A DNA stretch of 63,601 nt, filler included, from Octopus bimaculoides (lineage: Eukaryota), in assembly GCF_001194135.2 (NCBI RefSeq). It is 4 parts of 3 records of this genome, joined end to end, with 100 filler letters (N's around TTAATTAATTAA, not from the genome) between each part and the next. Parts side by side here need not be neighbours in the genome. Positions count along the whole stretch, not along the records: positions 46,676 to 61,201 come from NC_068994.1; positions 61,302 to 63,601 come from NC_068984.1; 2 more parts are not named here. One strand, given 5' to 3'. Positions within the stretch are counted from its first letter, which is position 1. Every line of letters starts with the position of its first letter. Of this stretch, positions 49,646 to 63,601 are shown one piece after another. The position numbers were made by a program, and so were the translations under genes. The notes under the pieces are model-generated. The model had not been told where the DNA came from, ran no database searches, and saw only the letters and a list, made by a program, of their open reading frames with translations.

Positions 49646-51426
49646 TATTACATTGTCCAATGTGTACTTTTATAAGATGGTAAGGTTTGATTTGTGTAGA
49701 GTTTGGCTGTTAATTTCAGCTGGACAAGCAACTGAGTAAAAACAGTTTCACTGGTTTGAGCTGCAGGATGTCATTAGCACCATTAGCAACAAAGAGCTTT
49801 CTTCTACTTGGAAATGGCAGACTGATTTTTATCTTTATGGTTTTAGGTGAATTTAAGTAAAACTAGACTAAAGACAAATTCTTGTGGCAACAGATGTTAA
49901 AACTAATTTAGAACAAATTATGTTCACAATATATATTAGTGTTTGTAGTCAGTATACTCTTGTGAAAAGATCAACAGTTCATAAAACTATTATGGCAAGG
50001 GACAGCGCTGTATAAACATGGAGAAAGGACAAGCTCTTGGAAAGAATGACTAAACAACGAATAGAAGACTAACAGGAATAAATTCAAAAGCTACAATTCC
50101 AAAAATTGGGACCAAAACAAATTCTTCTAATGGAGAGTAAATGATATGCAGAAAAAGGAGGAAAGAGGGTGAAAATGTTGATGGAAATAATCCAGAGATG
50201 GAAGGTTGGTGTCATCTGTATAGAATCAAAGACAGTGCCTTGTAAAATGCATCTGTGCCAGTCCACATAAAGAGCACCCATACTGGTCCATAAAGGGAGC
50301 ACCCAGTACACTCTGTAAAGTGGTTGGTGTTAGGAAGGACATCCAGCTGTAGAAACTAGGCCAAATCAGACTGGAACCTGGTGCAGCTCTCTGGTCAAAC
50401 AGTTCAACCCATGCCAGCTAACTTTCGCAAGGTACCATGCAGTGGGATTGAAACGAAAACCATATGGTTGGGAAGCAAACTTTCATACCTGCAACTTTTA
50501 TAAAAATATATATAACATACAGCTGTGTGTGTGTGTGTGGTTGTATTTAGTGTACCTCTGTCTAAACATTGTGTAATGGTTATCAAGAAGCATCATCATC
50601 ATCATCATCAGAGGAGGAGCAATGTTGTTCGTTTCCAGTCTTCCATGAAAAAAAAAAAACATGTCTGACCACGAGGAAATATTTATTTGCCTGGAAGTAG
50701 GTGAGGGTTCACAAGAGGAAGGGCACCCAGCCATAGAAAATGTGCCTCATCAAATTCCGTCTGATTCATGCAAGCATGGAAAAGTTGATGAAGAGGAGGA
50801 TGATGATGATGATGATGATGATGGTGGTGATGGTGGTGGCGGCGGTGATGCTGATGGCGATGATGGTGGTGGTGGTGGTGGTGGTGATGCTGATATGATT
50901 ATGATGGTGGTGGTGGTGGTGTTGATACTGATATGATGATGTTGATGATGATGATGTTGATGATGATGATGATGATGATCTCTACAAAAGTGCTAAGAGT
51001 GTCAAAATCAGCAGCCGTCTCTCATGGCAACGAACCGCATTGCCTTTAAAAAAACGAGATTGTAATCCTAGTTCACAGTCGAGTGGTTTACTAAGTAGGT
51101 TTGGAAAAGATGTCCGACTGAATAAACAACGGTTTCCAAACAATATGCAGGAAGATCCAAATTTGCAAAAGTCAACCCAACTGTGTTAGCTATGGATAAA
51201 AAAAAAAAAAACACACACACACACACACAAAAAAGCAAAAAAAAAACAAACAAACATGCCAAAATAGAAACAACAAAATAATATCTATAATCGACAGTAT
51301 GAAATATTGGGAAGTATTTAGCTGAATATATGAAATATTCCAGAGGGATTTAGAACTACCATAATGTAACCTTTTGCCTGTGGGAATTTGGGTGTATATA
51401 TGTGTATATGTGTGTGTATGTGTGTG

Positions 51427-51464
<38 letters not shown>

Positions 51465-52569
51465 TGTGTGTGTGCATTTGTAAATGTTAAAGCACTTCTG
51501 TTATATGAAAAAATATAAAGGAAAAAACAAAACAGAAGAACAGAAAAGTTATGTGGCCTAAATATTATAGAGTGTTTGGTTTTGTTCTTCCATGTTGTGA
51601 GTTCAAGTCTGGTTATGGTTGACTTAATGAATTATGTAATATGCTTAGGTGTGTGGTCAAGTGGTTGGGGGTGTTGTACTCACGATGGCCAGATCGTGGG
51701 TTCGATTACTGGAGCAGGCAGTGTGTTGTGTTCTTGAGCAAAAACACTTCATTTCATGTTGCTCCGGTGCTGCAGCATGGAGACTGACATGCCAAGGAAT
51801 AAATGCAACATTTGCTCTGCATGTTATAAAAAGGCGAGAGAAGAAGTTTGAGTTAAGGATTTGCACTCCGACCTCATAGATCCCTCACCAGCAACAACTT
51901 CCCAAACAGACCCATGGGTGTTGGCGGAGTGGTACAAAGGTATCATCTGCCAGGAGTAAGGAATCACCAACAAATTGTGGATGCAGCAATGCGCTGTTAC
52001 ACTGTACACCATCAGTCATCTCCCACTCCTCCCCCACCTCTACCCCAACACATATGTATCAGAGATCCCCTNNNNNNNNNNNNNNNNNNNNNNNNNNNNN
52101 NNNNNNNNNNNNNNNNNNNNNNNNNNNNNNNNNNNNNNNNNNNNNNNNNNNNNNNNNNNNNNNNNNNNNNNNNNNNNNNNNNNNNNNNNNNNNNNNNNNN
52201 NNNNNNNNNNNNNNNNNGAAAAACAAAGATGAAATGGTTACATTTGCAGTACCTTTGACCATAGATTTGTTTTGTCAGAGCAGAACTGTAGTTAAAAAAT
52301 AAAAAAAATCTATTCTTTTCTACTCTAGGCACAAGGCCCGAAATTTTTGAGGAGGGGGGCCAGTCAATTCGATTGACCCCAGTACGCAACTGGTACTTAA
52401 TTTATTGACCCTGAAAGGATGAAAGGCAAAGTTGACCTTGGCGGAATTTGAACTCAGAATGTAAAGACAAACGAAATACCGCTAAGCATTTTGCCCGGCA
52501 TGCTAACATTTCTGCCAGCTCACCGCCTTAAAAAATCTATTCTTTGAGCCAACAAAGGAACCTTTATGT

Positions 52570-52715
52570 CAGATGTGGGCAACCTTTTATGAGAAGTGGG
52601 CCACATGAGACATGGCCCATCATTAGGTGGGCCACACTACTAAAATAACTGAATGTAAATTTTTATTAGGTGTGCCATTCAGAAGGTTCTGCAGGTTGGA
52701 GAATGTTCATGACTG
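52570..52715. mobile_element. Possible short hAT-type MITE
   Basis: Starts cagatgtgggcaacc, ends gttcatgactg; flanks ctttatgt (52562-52569) and ctctatgt (52716-52723) match at 7 of 8 positions; TIR match is poor. Confidence 0.4.
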
Positions 52716-55691
52716 CTCTATGTATTTGGTGACCATGCTAGAAATAGAAGCTGAATCACCCGCAAATTACATTGCACACCTTCAAAAGAATGACACATTA
52801 GATAATGTCATCGTAGACACCGCTGAAAAGATCAGATATTTACAGCTGAAATATCTCTGATTATAAACCAACTCAATTAGGGTCAACATGGCACTTAACA
52901 ACAACAACAACAAAAAAACAAAACGATATCAACAGCAAACATTTTAGAGAGCATTAAAAAAAATACCCATCGATTTAAATATAAATACTTAACATAAAAG
53001 CAAAATCTTACTTTACCGAGTTCAAGGCCGAAATTTTGTACACCACTCCAAAAACAAAACTATATTACCTTGTGAGCTTTTTTTGTTTAGTTTTCTTCCT
53101 ATACAGTAGGTCATTATTTCCCAGAGTTCATAGCTCACAAATGAGCAGTAACTAGTGAGGCAGCCTAATAGCTAATTTATTCTCATCTTTCATTTCTTTC
53201 ATATATATATATATATATATATATTGTTTCATTTGAAGTTTTCAGATCTTGTTCTTCTCTCAGTAGTTTTTTTTTTATTGTGTGTGTATTACTCACTTTG
53301 TCAAAACACTCCCCACACATACACAAAAAAAAAAAAATGTGTGAAATTTTCACAATAAATTCTTTTCTTTATAACAAACCAGGAAAATAATTCAGAGGCC
53401 ATATTGTCAAAGGTATGTGATGGTCTACAGATCTCACTCAAATGTTTCTTTACGACCTTAAAAAAAAAGTGGAACGATTCATGTGTTAATGTAGTCCTGG
53501 ATACCCTTAGTTGAAGACACTTGCCCAAGGTGTCATGCAGTGGAACTGAACCTGAAACCATGTGACTGGGAAACAATCCTCTCAACAACAACAGCAACCA
53601 CTCAGCCGTACCTGCCAATATCTATCTTATGCAAAAATTGTTGATGGGCATAAAGTGTTTCAAAATTGCATAAAACCTCACAAAGACAAACCAGAGAGAG
53701 AGTGGAGCAAAAAGATATGAATACTTGGGTCACTCTTGGGACAATGGAAAGAAAAGAAAAATCAAAAATAATGCTAACCACACAAGTGTCACTATGACAG
53801 ACTGCTGGACAAAAGATCAACAGAGTGACAGCTGTAGAGATTAAAGTGTTGATTATACATAGTAATTGAGGCTATGAAATAAGGAAGTTTGAAGGATTCT
53901 TAGAGATAAGGTCAGTTGATTGGTCTCATGCGATCATATGCTTAGCTAATCGTATTCTGTTTGTATACGACTTGTTTCTCCATTATATGGAAACAATCCA
54001 GAATTGAAAGGATCATAAAAATATATGAATTTAAAGTTTTTGCTATGCTGATGTGAGACTATAAATGTGAGACTGTGAGGCATTAAAAAGCTGAAGTAGA
54101 ATAAGACTATTTATTAGTTGAAGACTAACACTGTTCTTTTAATTTATTTCCAGTAATTTCAAGAGACAACAGACATGGCTGCATGTTTAAGAAGTTTGCT
54201 TGCTAACCTGGTTTCAGGCTGAGTCCCATAGCTTGATTTTTGGGGGAAAACCCCAGGGTGACCAAAGCCTTGTGAGTAGATTTGGAAGATGGAAACTGAA
54301 AGAAGCCCATTATATGTTTTTATAAATGCATGGACATAGTGTGTGTGTGTGTGTATGTTAAGTGTGAGTCTGTGTATCGTTGTATCATCCTGTCTTGACA
54401 TCATATGATAGTTGTAAATGGTTGTCACTGTCATAGATTTAGTCACCCCTTTCTAAGGGGGGAGAGTTTGAAGAATTGCTAGCACATCATGCGAAAATGC
54501 TTAGCGGTATTTTGTCCATCATTACGTTCTGAGTTCAAATTCTGCTGAGCTCCACTTTGTCTTTTATCCCTTTCAGAATCAATAAAATAGGTACCAGTTG
54601 ACTACTAGGAGTCAATGTGTTTGACTTATCCCTCCTTTGAACTTGCTGGCCTTGTACCAAAATTTGAAAGCAATATTATGTGGACACAAGTTAGTGAGTC
54701 GGTAGAACCATTAGTATGCCATGCAAAAGTGCTCAGTGGCATTTTGTTCATCTTTACATTCTGTGTTCAAATTCTGCCGAGGTCATCTTTGTCTCCCATC
54801 CTTTCGGGGTTGATAAAATGAGTACCAGTTGAGTACTGGGGTCAATGCAATCAGCTTAATCCCCCTCCCCAAAACTTCCTGGCCTTGTGCCAAAATTTAA
54901 AACCCATATTACGTGAAAACATGCCTGGCTTTGATGAAATATTGTCTTGCTTGGAAACAGGTGAGGGTTGGTGACAGGAAGGGCATCCAGCTGTAGAAAA
55001 TATGTCGTAATGAACTCTGTCGACTCCATGAAACCATGGCTATGTGTGAATGTCAAAACAAAGATGATGATGAATACTGGACATGTTTCTGCTTGTGGAA
55101 CATCACCATAAATTGTTTAAATTGTAGCAAGCAAACTCCCAAATAAATATATAGAAATATTTAATTACCAGCATTAAAAAACACTTATTACACCCCTGCA
55201 CTTAATGCGGGAGTTTAGGCACCTTTTTATTTTATGTGGTTTGACATCTTTTAACCCACAACTTATGAGTATGTTACAAGGAATTCAAAAGAGGGCAACA
55301 ATATCAAACTCCCCACTTCACGAAAAGTCAACCATGTGAAAATGGCCATTGAAAAGGTGATGATGCTAGCAGTGCCCCAGCATGGGCACAGCCTTTGGGC
55401 TGAAACACATAAAAAGAATAAAAGAATAAAGTGTGTGTGTATGAGAAAGAGAGAGGGAGAGGGTGAGAGAGAAACAGATAGACATACAGAGAGAAATAGC
55501 TGTATATACACACATATGTATATAGATATATACATATGTATATATGTGTATGTATATATATACATATATATATGTATATATGTGTGTGTGTGTGTGTGTG
55601 TATTTATACATATATATATATACATCTCTTTCTCTCTTCCTGTCTATCTATTATCTATCTATGTATCTATCTATCTATCTATCTATATATA

Positions 55692-55729
<38 letters not shown>

Positions 55730-56614
55730 AACACACACACGTATATATACAGGCCTACACACACCAATTAAAAGTCAATGTGTATCAATTAAAAATATAA
55801 ATATAAAAAATAGAGAGGCAAGTTAAGAAAAAAATTTAGCTTGGAGAAATCTACAGAACCACATGGTTGTTGGCTGCTTTGGACTGCTGTAATTGGGAAG
55901 TCACTGAATCGTACAGAAAACTAGTGCCCAAGGAAAATTAAGTATTGTACGCAAGGTGGCTTCATATGTTGAATTACATTGTGTAAGTAATTTTCATCCT
56001 TACCAAAATTAAATTCACACACTGTATGACATCCACCGTTTTAATGTTGAGTGAAATGTAGAATAAATTTGCACATACACACACACATGCATCATCATTT
56101 TTAATGTTCACTTTTTCATGCTTGAATGAATCAGATGGAATTTGTTGAGGCAAATATTCTATTGCCTGATGCCCTTACTGTTATCAATTATGACCTGTTT
56201 TTAAGCAAGGTAATGGCTTGAAATTTTTTTCATAAGTCACACAGCCAAAAAGTGTATAAACAGAACATGTACACGAAGTGTGTAACATTTTAAACTTGCT
56301 AAAATAATATTCAAAGTGGTTTATATGATTGGAAATATAATTTTGAAGTGTTCATGGTGTCACAGTGAGGATCTGATCAAAGGATTTGCAATTAAAAAAG
56401 TATGAGAAAACTTTTTAAATATAAATAAAGTGGAAGTATAGAAAAAATAAACATTATTTTCCCATCTTACTGTGAATTTTGTTTCATTTTGAAAAATAAA
56501 AATTTATTTTATGGTTTATTATTGTTTATATTTTGAGTTACATATATAGGGGGCACCAAAATCTTTTAAGTACTTTGGGCCTCTACAGGTCATAATCCAG
56601 TCCTGGTTCTGTGA

Positions 56615-57350
56615 CAAAAACAAAAAAGCATTCTTAAGGTCAGACATTGTCAGAACAGTTGAGTTTGTCCGGCATGTCCAGGGCATCATCAAAGAGAATT
56701 ATGGTAAGTCAATGAGGGCCATTGTCAATCATCTCCATCTGTCGGAACCAATGATTAAACTTGTGGTGCACAAAAGATCAGGTATAAATCCTGTGTTACG
56801 AGAAGAAGGCAGTTCACCTCTGATAAGAATTGGAAGACCCATGTGACCTGGTTGAAGCACTTGCAGAAAAAATTCAAACCCTCTGAGGAATCCAACACAC
56901 TCAGATTCTTCTCAAATGAGAAGAACTTTGTCCAAAATCAAAAAATGATCAGGAGGAATGACAGATGGTTCTGTGCCAGCCCCACCGAAGTGTTATGTAC
57001 ACCAAGTTCCCGTCGTTTGTGATGGCTTGGAGGTCAAGGACAATGAAGTCCATGTTATTCCTCTTCACTTTTCCCCCCAGGCTTTTAAGGTCAATACGGT
57101 AGCCTACATCAAGACAACGGAGATGGTTGTCAAGCCCTGGATCAAGGGAGTTGCTCAGGGGAGGCTGTACGTATTCCACTAAGACTCTGCTCCCTCTCAT
57201 ACAGCCTACATGACCCAGGAGTGATTGATCAAAAATTTTTATGATCATGTTGCTCCTAGCATTTGGCCTCTTGGCTCTCTTGATTTAAACCCACTGGACT
57301 CCTACATCAGTGACATCATTGAGAGGGAAACCCAAAAGCAAAGCCCTTTC
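56615..57350 (+). mobile_element. Decayed Tc1/mariner-superfamily transposase, DD37D (maT) type
   Basis: DIVRTVEFVRHVQGII..GKSMRAI..., FFSNEKNF (first D mutated to N, ~56906), VVKPWIKGVAQGRLYVFH*DSAPSH...WPLGSLDLNPLDSY. Second D at 57183 and third D at 57297 are separated by 37 codons. Stops and frameshifts present; no TIRs found. Confidence 0.85.
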
Positions 57351-57915
57351 CTCTAAACCAAACTAAAAAAAATTAAAATATTTCAACCCTGAAAGTCAAC
57401 ATCACATTTTGCAGGACACTCTACCAATTATGCCAGTCCACAGCACTTTCTCGCAATTCACCGCCCTTATAATAACAACAACAATAATGATAAATTGAGA
57501 ACTAGATTACTGTGAAATAGCATAAAGATAATATGAGAGGGATTATGTGTAGATTATCTTCTGAAGTCCTGGTAATCAGTTTTATTTATATGTTAACACC
57601 TATGCTTGTTATAAGTTCAGTAAAATCATTCAACTAAGAAGATTTACATGTCTGCCCCACTCCACTCCCTTCACCAAAATAATGATGATAATCCTTCCTA
57701 CTCCAGGCACAAGGCCTGGAATTTGTGGGGAGGTGGGTAGTCAGTTACATCGACCCCAGTACTTGACTGGTACTTATTTTATTGACCCCCAAAAGGATGA
57801 AAAGCAAAGTCGACCTTGGTGGAATTTGAACTCAGAATGCAAAGCCATGAGAAATGCTGTAAGCATTTTGTCCAATGCACTAATGATTCTGCTAACTTGC
57901 TGACTTAGCAGCAGC

Positions 57916-57958
<43 letters not shown>

Positions 57959-58439
57959 AAAGAAGAACTCACAAGTTAAAGCCAGATGTTAGCAACTGGA
58001 TCAGTTGATTGGGGCAGTGAACTACTTATCAAAAGGTTCAAGGTTCATATCCCATCATGGGAATGTCTCATGGGCTACAATTTGCTCGTGACTGATGTTG
58101 ATGTTCCATACCACATGGGCATTGGAATTAATCCACTGTCTAGTTTAATCATTGTTTGGTCCCGTGATACTAAAAGCATCAAGGGACCAGACAATAGTTC
58201 CTTGATGCTAACCCTGCTGGCTTTCCAAAAGGGGTCATGAATATAGTTCTTCTTCTTTGAAGAGCTGAATCATGCAAAAATGTCTTTTATACACTGCAAG
58301 AATTGGTTGATGTGCTGAGTTCAAAGCATCTCTGTTATTTGGTAAAATGATGGGGCCTCAACATGCAGCTAAATTGTCCTCGATGAAATATATTAAAGGG
58401 ATGTCCTCAGTAAGTGGTGCAACTCTGAGTGGACAAATG

Positions 58440-58894
58440 CAGTGGCATAGCTAGGGTAAACTGTGCCTGGAGCAAGCCGCAAAAATGCACCCTCCACCAC
58501 CAATTACAAAATCCATGATATTTATATAGTGCTTATTTGCTACAAGTAATTAATATTTTAAAGGAATATTTTAGGAATAAATACTTTACCAGGGTTCATT
58601 TACCTGCCAGTTCTGTACAGCCTGTAATTCAAAATATATTTTTTGAAAGTTTATTTTTACAATGCCTTTTTTTGACGCCCTTTGTAAAAATGTCCAGACA
58701 TAAATGTAGACAGCCAATGTATAGCGTTTACCTTCAATAACAGCATAAAACGATATGCTGGAGATCCATCTTCACCATTGCAATTTTAAAAATGAAGTTC
58801 GAGCTTATCGTATTATGGTCAATTCTGTGCCCCGCTTCAATTGACACCCAGAGCACGTTCCCCCTCTTGCCCCTCCCCCCCAGTTATGCTACTG
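58440..58894. mobile_element. hAT-type MITE with perfect 8-bp TSD
   Basis: Left end cagtggcatagctaggg; right end reverse complement cagtagcataactgggg; GACAAATG at 58432-58439 and 58895-58902. Confidence 0.88.
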
Positions 58895-61065
58895 GACAAA
58901 TGGAAGAAAGTGGTACTCAACTCATTTGGTAGGACTTACATGTATGTTTGTATTTTTTAATAACTGTTTGACTCAGCTCCATATGACTCAAAAGTTTTTA
59001 GGTGTGTAGGACACGCCCGTCTCATCAGTCTCACGAGGTGGACGTGTCCAAACACACCTATGAAAATTTGAGTCATATAGCACTGAGTCAAACTATCATT
59101 AAAATATGCATGAGTACAAGTGTGTGTGTGTGAGTGTACATGTAGACACACTTCGTCATCATCATTTTACATCCACTTCCATGCTGGCAGAGGCAGGGTG
59201 GCTCAACAGGATCCAATGCATTGGAAATCCATGTCTCGTTCTGATGCCTCATTTTAAGGATGGTTTCTTCAACTGGATGCCCTTCCTAACTTACACATAT
59301 ACTTCCATGTACACTCCAGAGGATCCAAGAAACTGGCCTTATGAGCCTATGGCTTGAGAAGGACTTTGATCCTTTATGTGTGTGTGTGTGCGTGCGAGTG
59401 TATAAATATATATATGATAATGGATGTGTGTGTGTGTTTATATGTATGAATATANNNNNNNNNNNNNNNNNNNNNNNNNNNNNNNNNNNNNNNNNNNNNN
59501 NNNNNNNNNNNNNNNNNNNNNNNNNNNNNNNNNNNNNNNNNNNNNNNNNNNNNNNNNNNNNNNNNNNNNNNNNNNNCAAACAGTGTTAAACAAAATGCTT
59601 TACAATAGTTTAATGTTAACATATTCAACGTAATGTGTATTAACTTCAATTTTATGCACTTTAATTTTTAATTTCTTCTCTCTGGGTCCTGCGTTCGAAT
59701 TACTCCACGATTAACATTGCCTTTAAATTTAACCACAGGCTTGACAAAGTAAAAAAAGACGCTTACATAGTCACTCGACCTACTAGAGACAGTAACCAAC
59801 TCTACCTTAAATCATACCCTACCGTTTTATGAAAGGTAGACCGCATTAAACAACATAGTCTTAGATAATATCTGAATATAACACGAGATGGTCACAGATG
59901 GATTGTTTTGATCACAAACATAAAAGGATAAGGCTTGACTTGGTCTAATTCTGTTGGTGCTAAACACCATCGTCGATAAAAATTGAAGTACCTGTAATAT
60001 ACTGTACGATATCAATACCCTTATTCTATCTAAAGTGGGGTTGCACTTCATCAAAAGAAACCAATAAATATTATTCACATATAGAATGACAGTCAATCAG
60101 TCCCTTGAAGAACACGCACTCATTTTGGTCTTTTAAGAAGACCACATGTCATAACATACAATCTACATATATTTAAAATACATGAATAAAAAAGACACCT
60201 GCTTTATGCATTGCTATAAGTCATAGATCAATCCTGATCGATTGAGATCTATAGCATTCCAGCAATGACCATCCCGTTATATTTATTTTATCAGATATTT
60301 AATTACACTATTCAACGTGTCTTTTCTTTCAAGGCAAGTCGGGTGTGAGAGAAATTTGACAACTATTTCTGACGGGTCATGCTATAAAAAGAATCGAGCT
60401 CTCGTTGTCTCGTCAGCTTGCTCTGTTGAGTAACGAATGTAGTTTGAACTAAGGCCACCTTTGGTATTTTTCATTCATTCTTTATTCACACGGAATATTA
60501 GTCATTATGCATCACGAAACACAAAATCTAAGACAGAAGCATAACCCCCCACCCTTAGCAAAATCTACCCCTGAATAAACCCGTGTTCGTATTTACGTAA
60601 ATTTCGTCTTGTAATTCTTAACACGGCCTTAGAAATCGAACTTGCCGATCTACATTCTGTGTTTGATACCTTTCTTCAGAGAAAAATGGAAAACATTAAA
60701 ATAAAAAAAATAGGTGACGGGACGACAATAATAACAACACATACACACACACACACACATTTTATTACACAGAAGACACGGTGTATTTAAAATTAACGAC
60801 CAACACAAGAAACGTATCAATATATCTTTATAATGAATTGTTCGAAATTCTGAAATGTTATTTCGTTTTTTTTTTTGTGTTTGTTTGTTTCTTTCTGTTT
60901 ACATTTTATGAAGAATGAAATAAAAGAAAGGAAAACAAGAAAACGAGAAGAGGTGGTGGTGGTAATGGTGATGGGAACAGAAAAACAACAAAAAGGAGAG
61001 GATTTCGGAGAGCCCAGTGGTAATAAATATCATATTGATGGATCAAAACGATGTACGTATATTAC

Positions 61066-61122
<57 letters not shown>

Positions 61123-61689
61123 GATAAAGAGTGAATGAATGAGTGAAAGAGAAAGAAGCAGTGTAGGGTGGGGAGGGGGGAAATGATGGTGGGGTGTGTG
61201 TNNNNNNNNNNNNNNNNNNNNNNNNNNNNNNNNNNNNNNNNNNNNTTAATTAATTAANNNNNNNNNNNNNNNNNNNNNNNNNNNNNNNNNNNNNNNNNNN
61301 NCCACCACCACCACCTCAGCCACTGCTGCAAGAAGCCAGCAGCCAACAGACTACCACAACAACAACAACAACAACCTCGGCAGCATAAGCAGAGGCGGAG
61401 GAAATGATCGTTATATAACAACACTGTGATATAATGGTTGGCGTGCAGCTGTACTGAATATTGTGTTGCACCTAACAACCTACAAGTCAACGTTAACAAC
61501 AATAACAAAAACAACAACAATAGATGCCAATGTCGCAACTGTTACAGTAGCAGCAGCAGCAGTAACAGCAACAGATGCCGGCAGTACCTTTATCAGTATC
61601 AGCAGCGTAGCAACGATCGTTGCTGCAGGCAACAAATAAAAGCTATTGGCAGGAATAAATGAATTTTAAAAAAATAGATAAATATGGTT

Positions 61690-62100
61690 TCCAATTTTGG
61701 CACAAGGCCAGCATTTTCAGGAAAGAAGTCAGTCGATTACATCGACCACCGTACCCCACTATTCAACTGGAATTTATTTTAGCAGACCCCCAGAAATCAA
61801 CCTCAGCGGAATTTAAACGCTGAACGTGTAGCGACTGACAAAATGCGGCGAAGCAGTTTGCCCGGCGTGCTAACGATTCTGTCGGCTTACCGCGTTAATA
61901 ATAATCCTTTCTCCTAATAGGCACAAAGCCTGGATTTTGTGGTGAGGGAGACAGTCGATCACCTCGACCCCAGGACTCAACTGGTACTTCATTTATCGAC
62001 CCCGGAAGGATGAAAAGCAAAGTCCACCTCAGCGGAATTCGAACTCGGAACGTACCAAGGGGCGAAATACCGCTAAACATTTTACCCGGCGAACTAGCCC

Positions 62101-62131
<31 letters not shown>

Positions 62132-63080
62132 CCTTTCTACNNNNNNNNNNNNNNNNNNNNNNNNNNNNNNNNNNNNNNNNNNNNNNNNNNNNNNNNNNNN
62201 NNNNNNNNNNNNNNNNNNNNNNNNNNNNNNNNNNNNNNNNNNNNNNNNNNNNNNNNNNNNNNNNNNNNNNNNNNNNNNNNNNNNNNNNNNNNNNNNNNNN
62301 NNNNNNNNNNNNNNNNNNNNNNNNNNNNNNNNNNNNNNNNNNNNNNNNNNNNNNNNNNNNNNNNNNNNNNNNNNNNNNNNNNNNNNNNNNNNNNNNNNNN
62401 NNNNNNNNNNNNNNNNNNNNNNNNNNNNNNNNNNNNNNNNNNNNNNNNNNNNNNNNNNNNNNNNNNNNNNNNNNNNNNNNNTTTAATTTATCGACCCCGA
62501 AAGGATGACGGGCAAAGTCGACCTCGGCGGAATTTGAACCCAGAAGGTAAAGACAGACGAAATACCGGTAAGCATTTCGCTCGGCGTGCTGACGTTTCTT
62601 ATTTCTTTATTGCCCACAAGGGGCTAAACATAGAGGGGACAAACAAGGACAGACAAAGGAATTAAGTCGATTACATCGACCCCAGTGCGTAACTGGTATT
62701 TAATTTATCGACCCCGAAAGGATGAAAGGCAAAGTCGACCTCGGCGGAGTTTGAACTCAGAACGTAAAGCCAGACGAAATACCGCTAAGCATTTTACCCG
62801 GCGTGCTGACGTTTCTGCCAGTAGCAAACAAAACTGCTATTACAACTTCTACAACAACGACGACTGCCACTACACCACCATCACTACTATTACTACTACA
62901 TGTACTACCACTGCTGCTGATGATGACGATGATCGGTTTTTAACATAGGCACAAAGCCAGATATTTCAGGAGATGGCGGTCATAGTTGAATATATCGATC
63001 CCAGTACCTGACTAGTAACATATTTTATTTATCGAACATGGAAGGATGAAAGGCAAAGTTTATTTCAGTGGAATTTGAAC
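61690..63080 (-). mobile_element. Cluster of five or more same-orientation SINE B copies
   Basis: Copies at ~61690-61890, 61910-62100, from ~62130 into the gap, 62482-62599, 62600-62816 and 62945-63080. Confidence 0.8.
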
Positions 63081-63157
63081 CCATTACATACACATCGGGA
63101 ACAATTGCCGTTATTTTCTTTCAGACTGTTTAGTGAATCTGACAAATATATCGCACT

Positions 63158-63205
<48 letters not shown>

Positions 63206-63601
63206 CGATGACAACGACAACGACGAAGACCACCGCGACGCCAACGATGATTACAACGATGATTACAATGATGGTGATGGCGGTGGTTTCTGACATAATG
63301 ACGGAACCACAAATTCTTTGGTGGTGGTGCTGCTGCTGATAGGTGAGTGGGTGAGGGGTGGGGGGAGAAGAATCGATGAGATCAAACTGCAGTACAATAC
63401 CTGTTACTTAACTGAACGATCGCAGGACGATGGAGTGTGAAGTTTGACCTCGGGTGTAAACGATAAGAATAATGATATATGATACAGATATAAGGTCAAG
63501 AAGGGAACAGATAAATTAAATAAACAAATAAACACAAATAAACAAATAATACAGTAGTTGGGGGTTTTCACAGACCCGATATATATATATATATATATAT
63601 A

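Noticed and set aside
7530-62486. Long ORFs containing X runs (for example 37797..38867, 42324..43667, 42332..43717)
   Set aside because: They are open only because N runs contain no stop codons.

Overview
Eukaryotic, AT-rich, microsatellite- and transposon-saturated genomic DNA with roughly a tenth of the window as N gaps. The repeat families and gap style suggest an octopus or other coleoid cephalopod (inference). One protein-coding gene is recognisable: the 5' half of PIGT (GPI transamidase subunit T) on the minus strand. Its six exons (11166-10977, 4947-4770, 3756-3519, 2775-2689, 2178-2091, 699-605) all have canonical GT-AG junctions and splice into 292 uninterrupted codons; the gene continues off the left edge. 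The remaining ~52 kb has no confident gene. It holds tRNA-derived SINEs of several families, many RTE-LINE 3' tails, relics of RTE, L1/Tx1 and R4/Dong-like LINEs, a DD37D (maT) Tc1/mariner relic, MITEs and long microsatellite fields. The most striking object is a 478-bp near-palindromic element (13321-13798), flanked by a 13-bp direct repeat, that carries two oppositely oriented minimal hammerhead-ribozyme motifs of the Penelope type, each damaged at a different position. Repeat boundaries are approximate (read by eye); PIGT splice coordinates and the quoted target-site duplications were checked base by base. No database search was run, so family names rest on recalled motifs.
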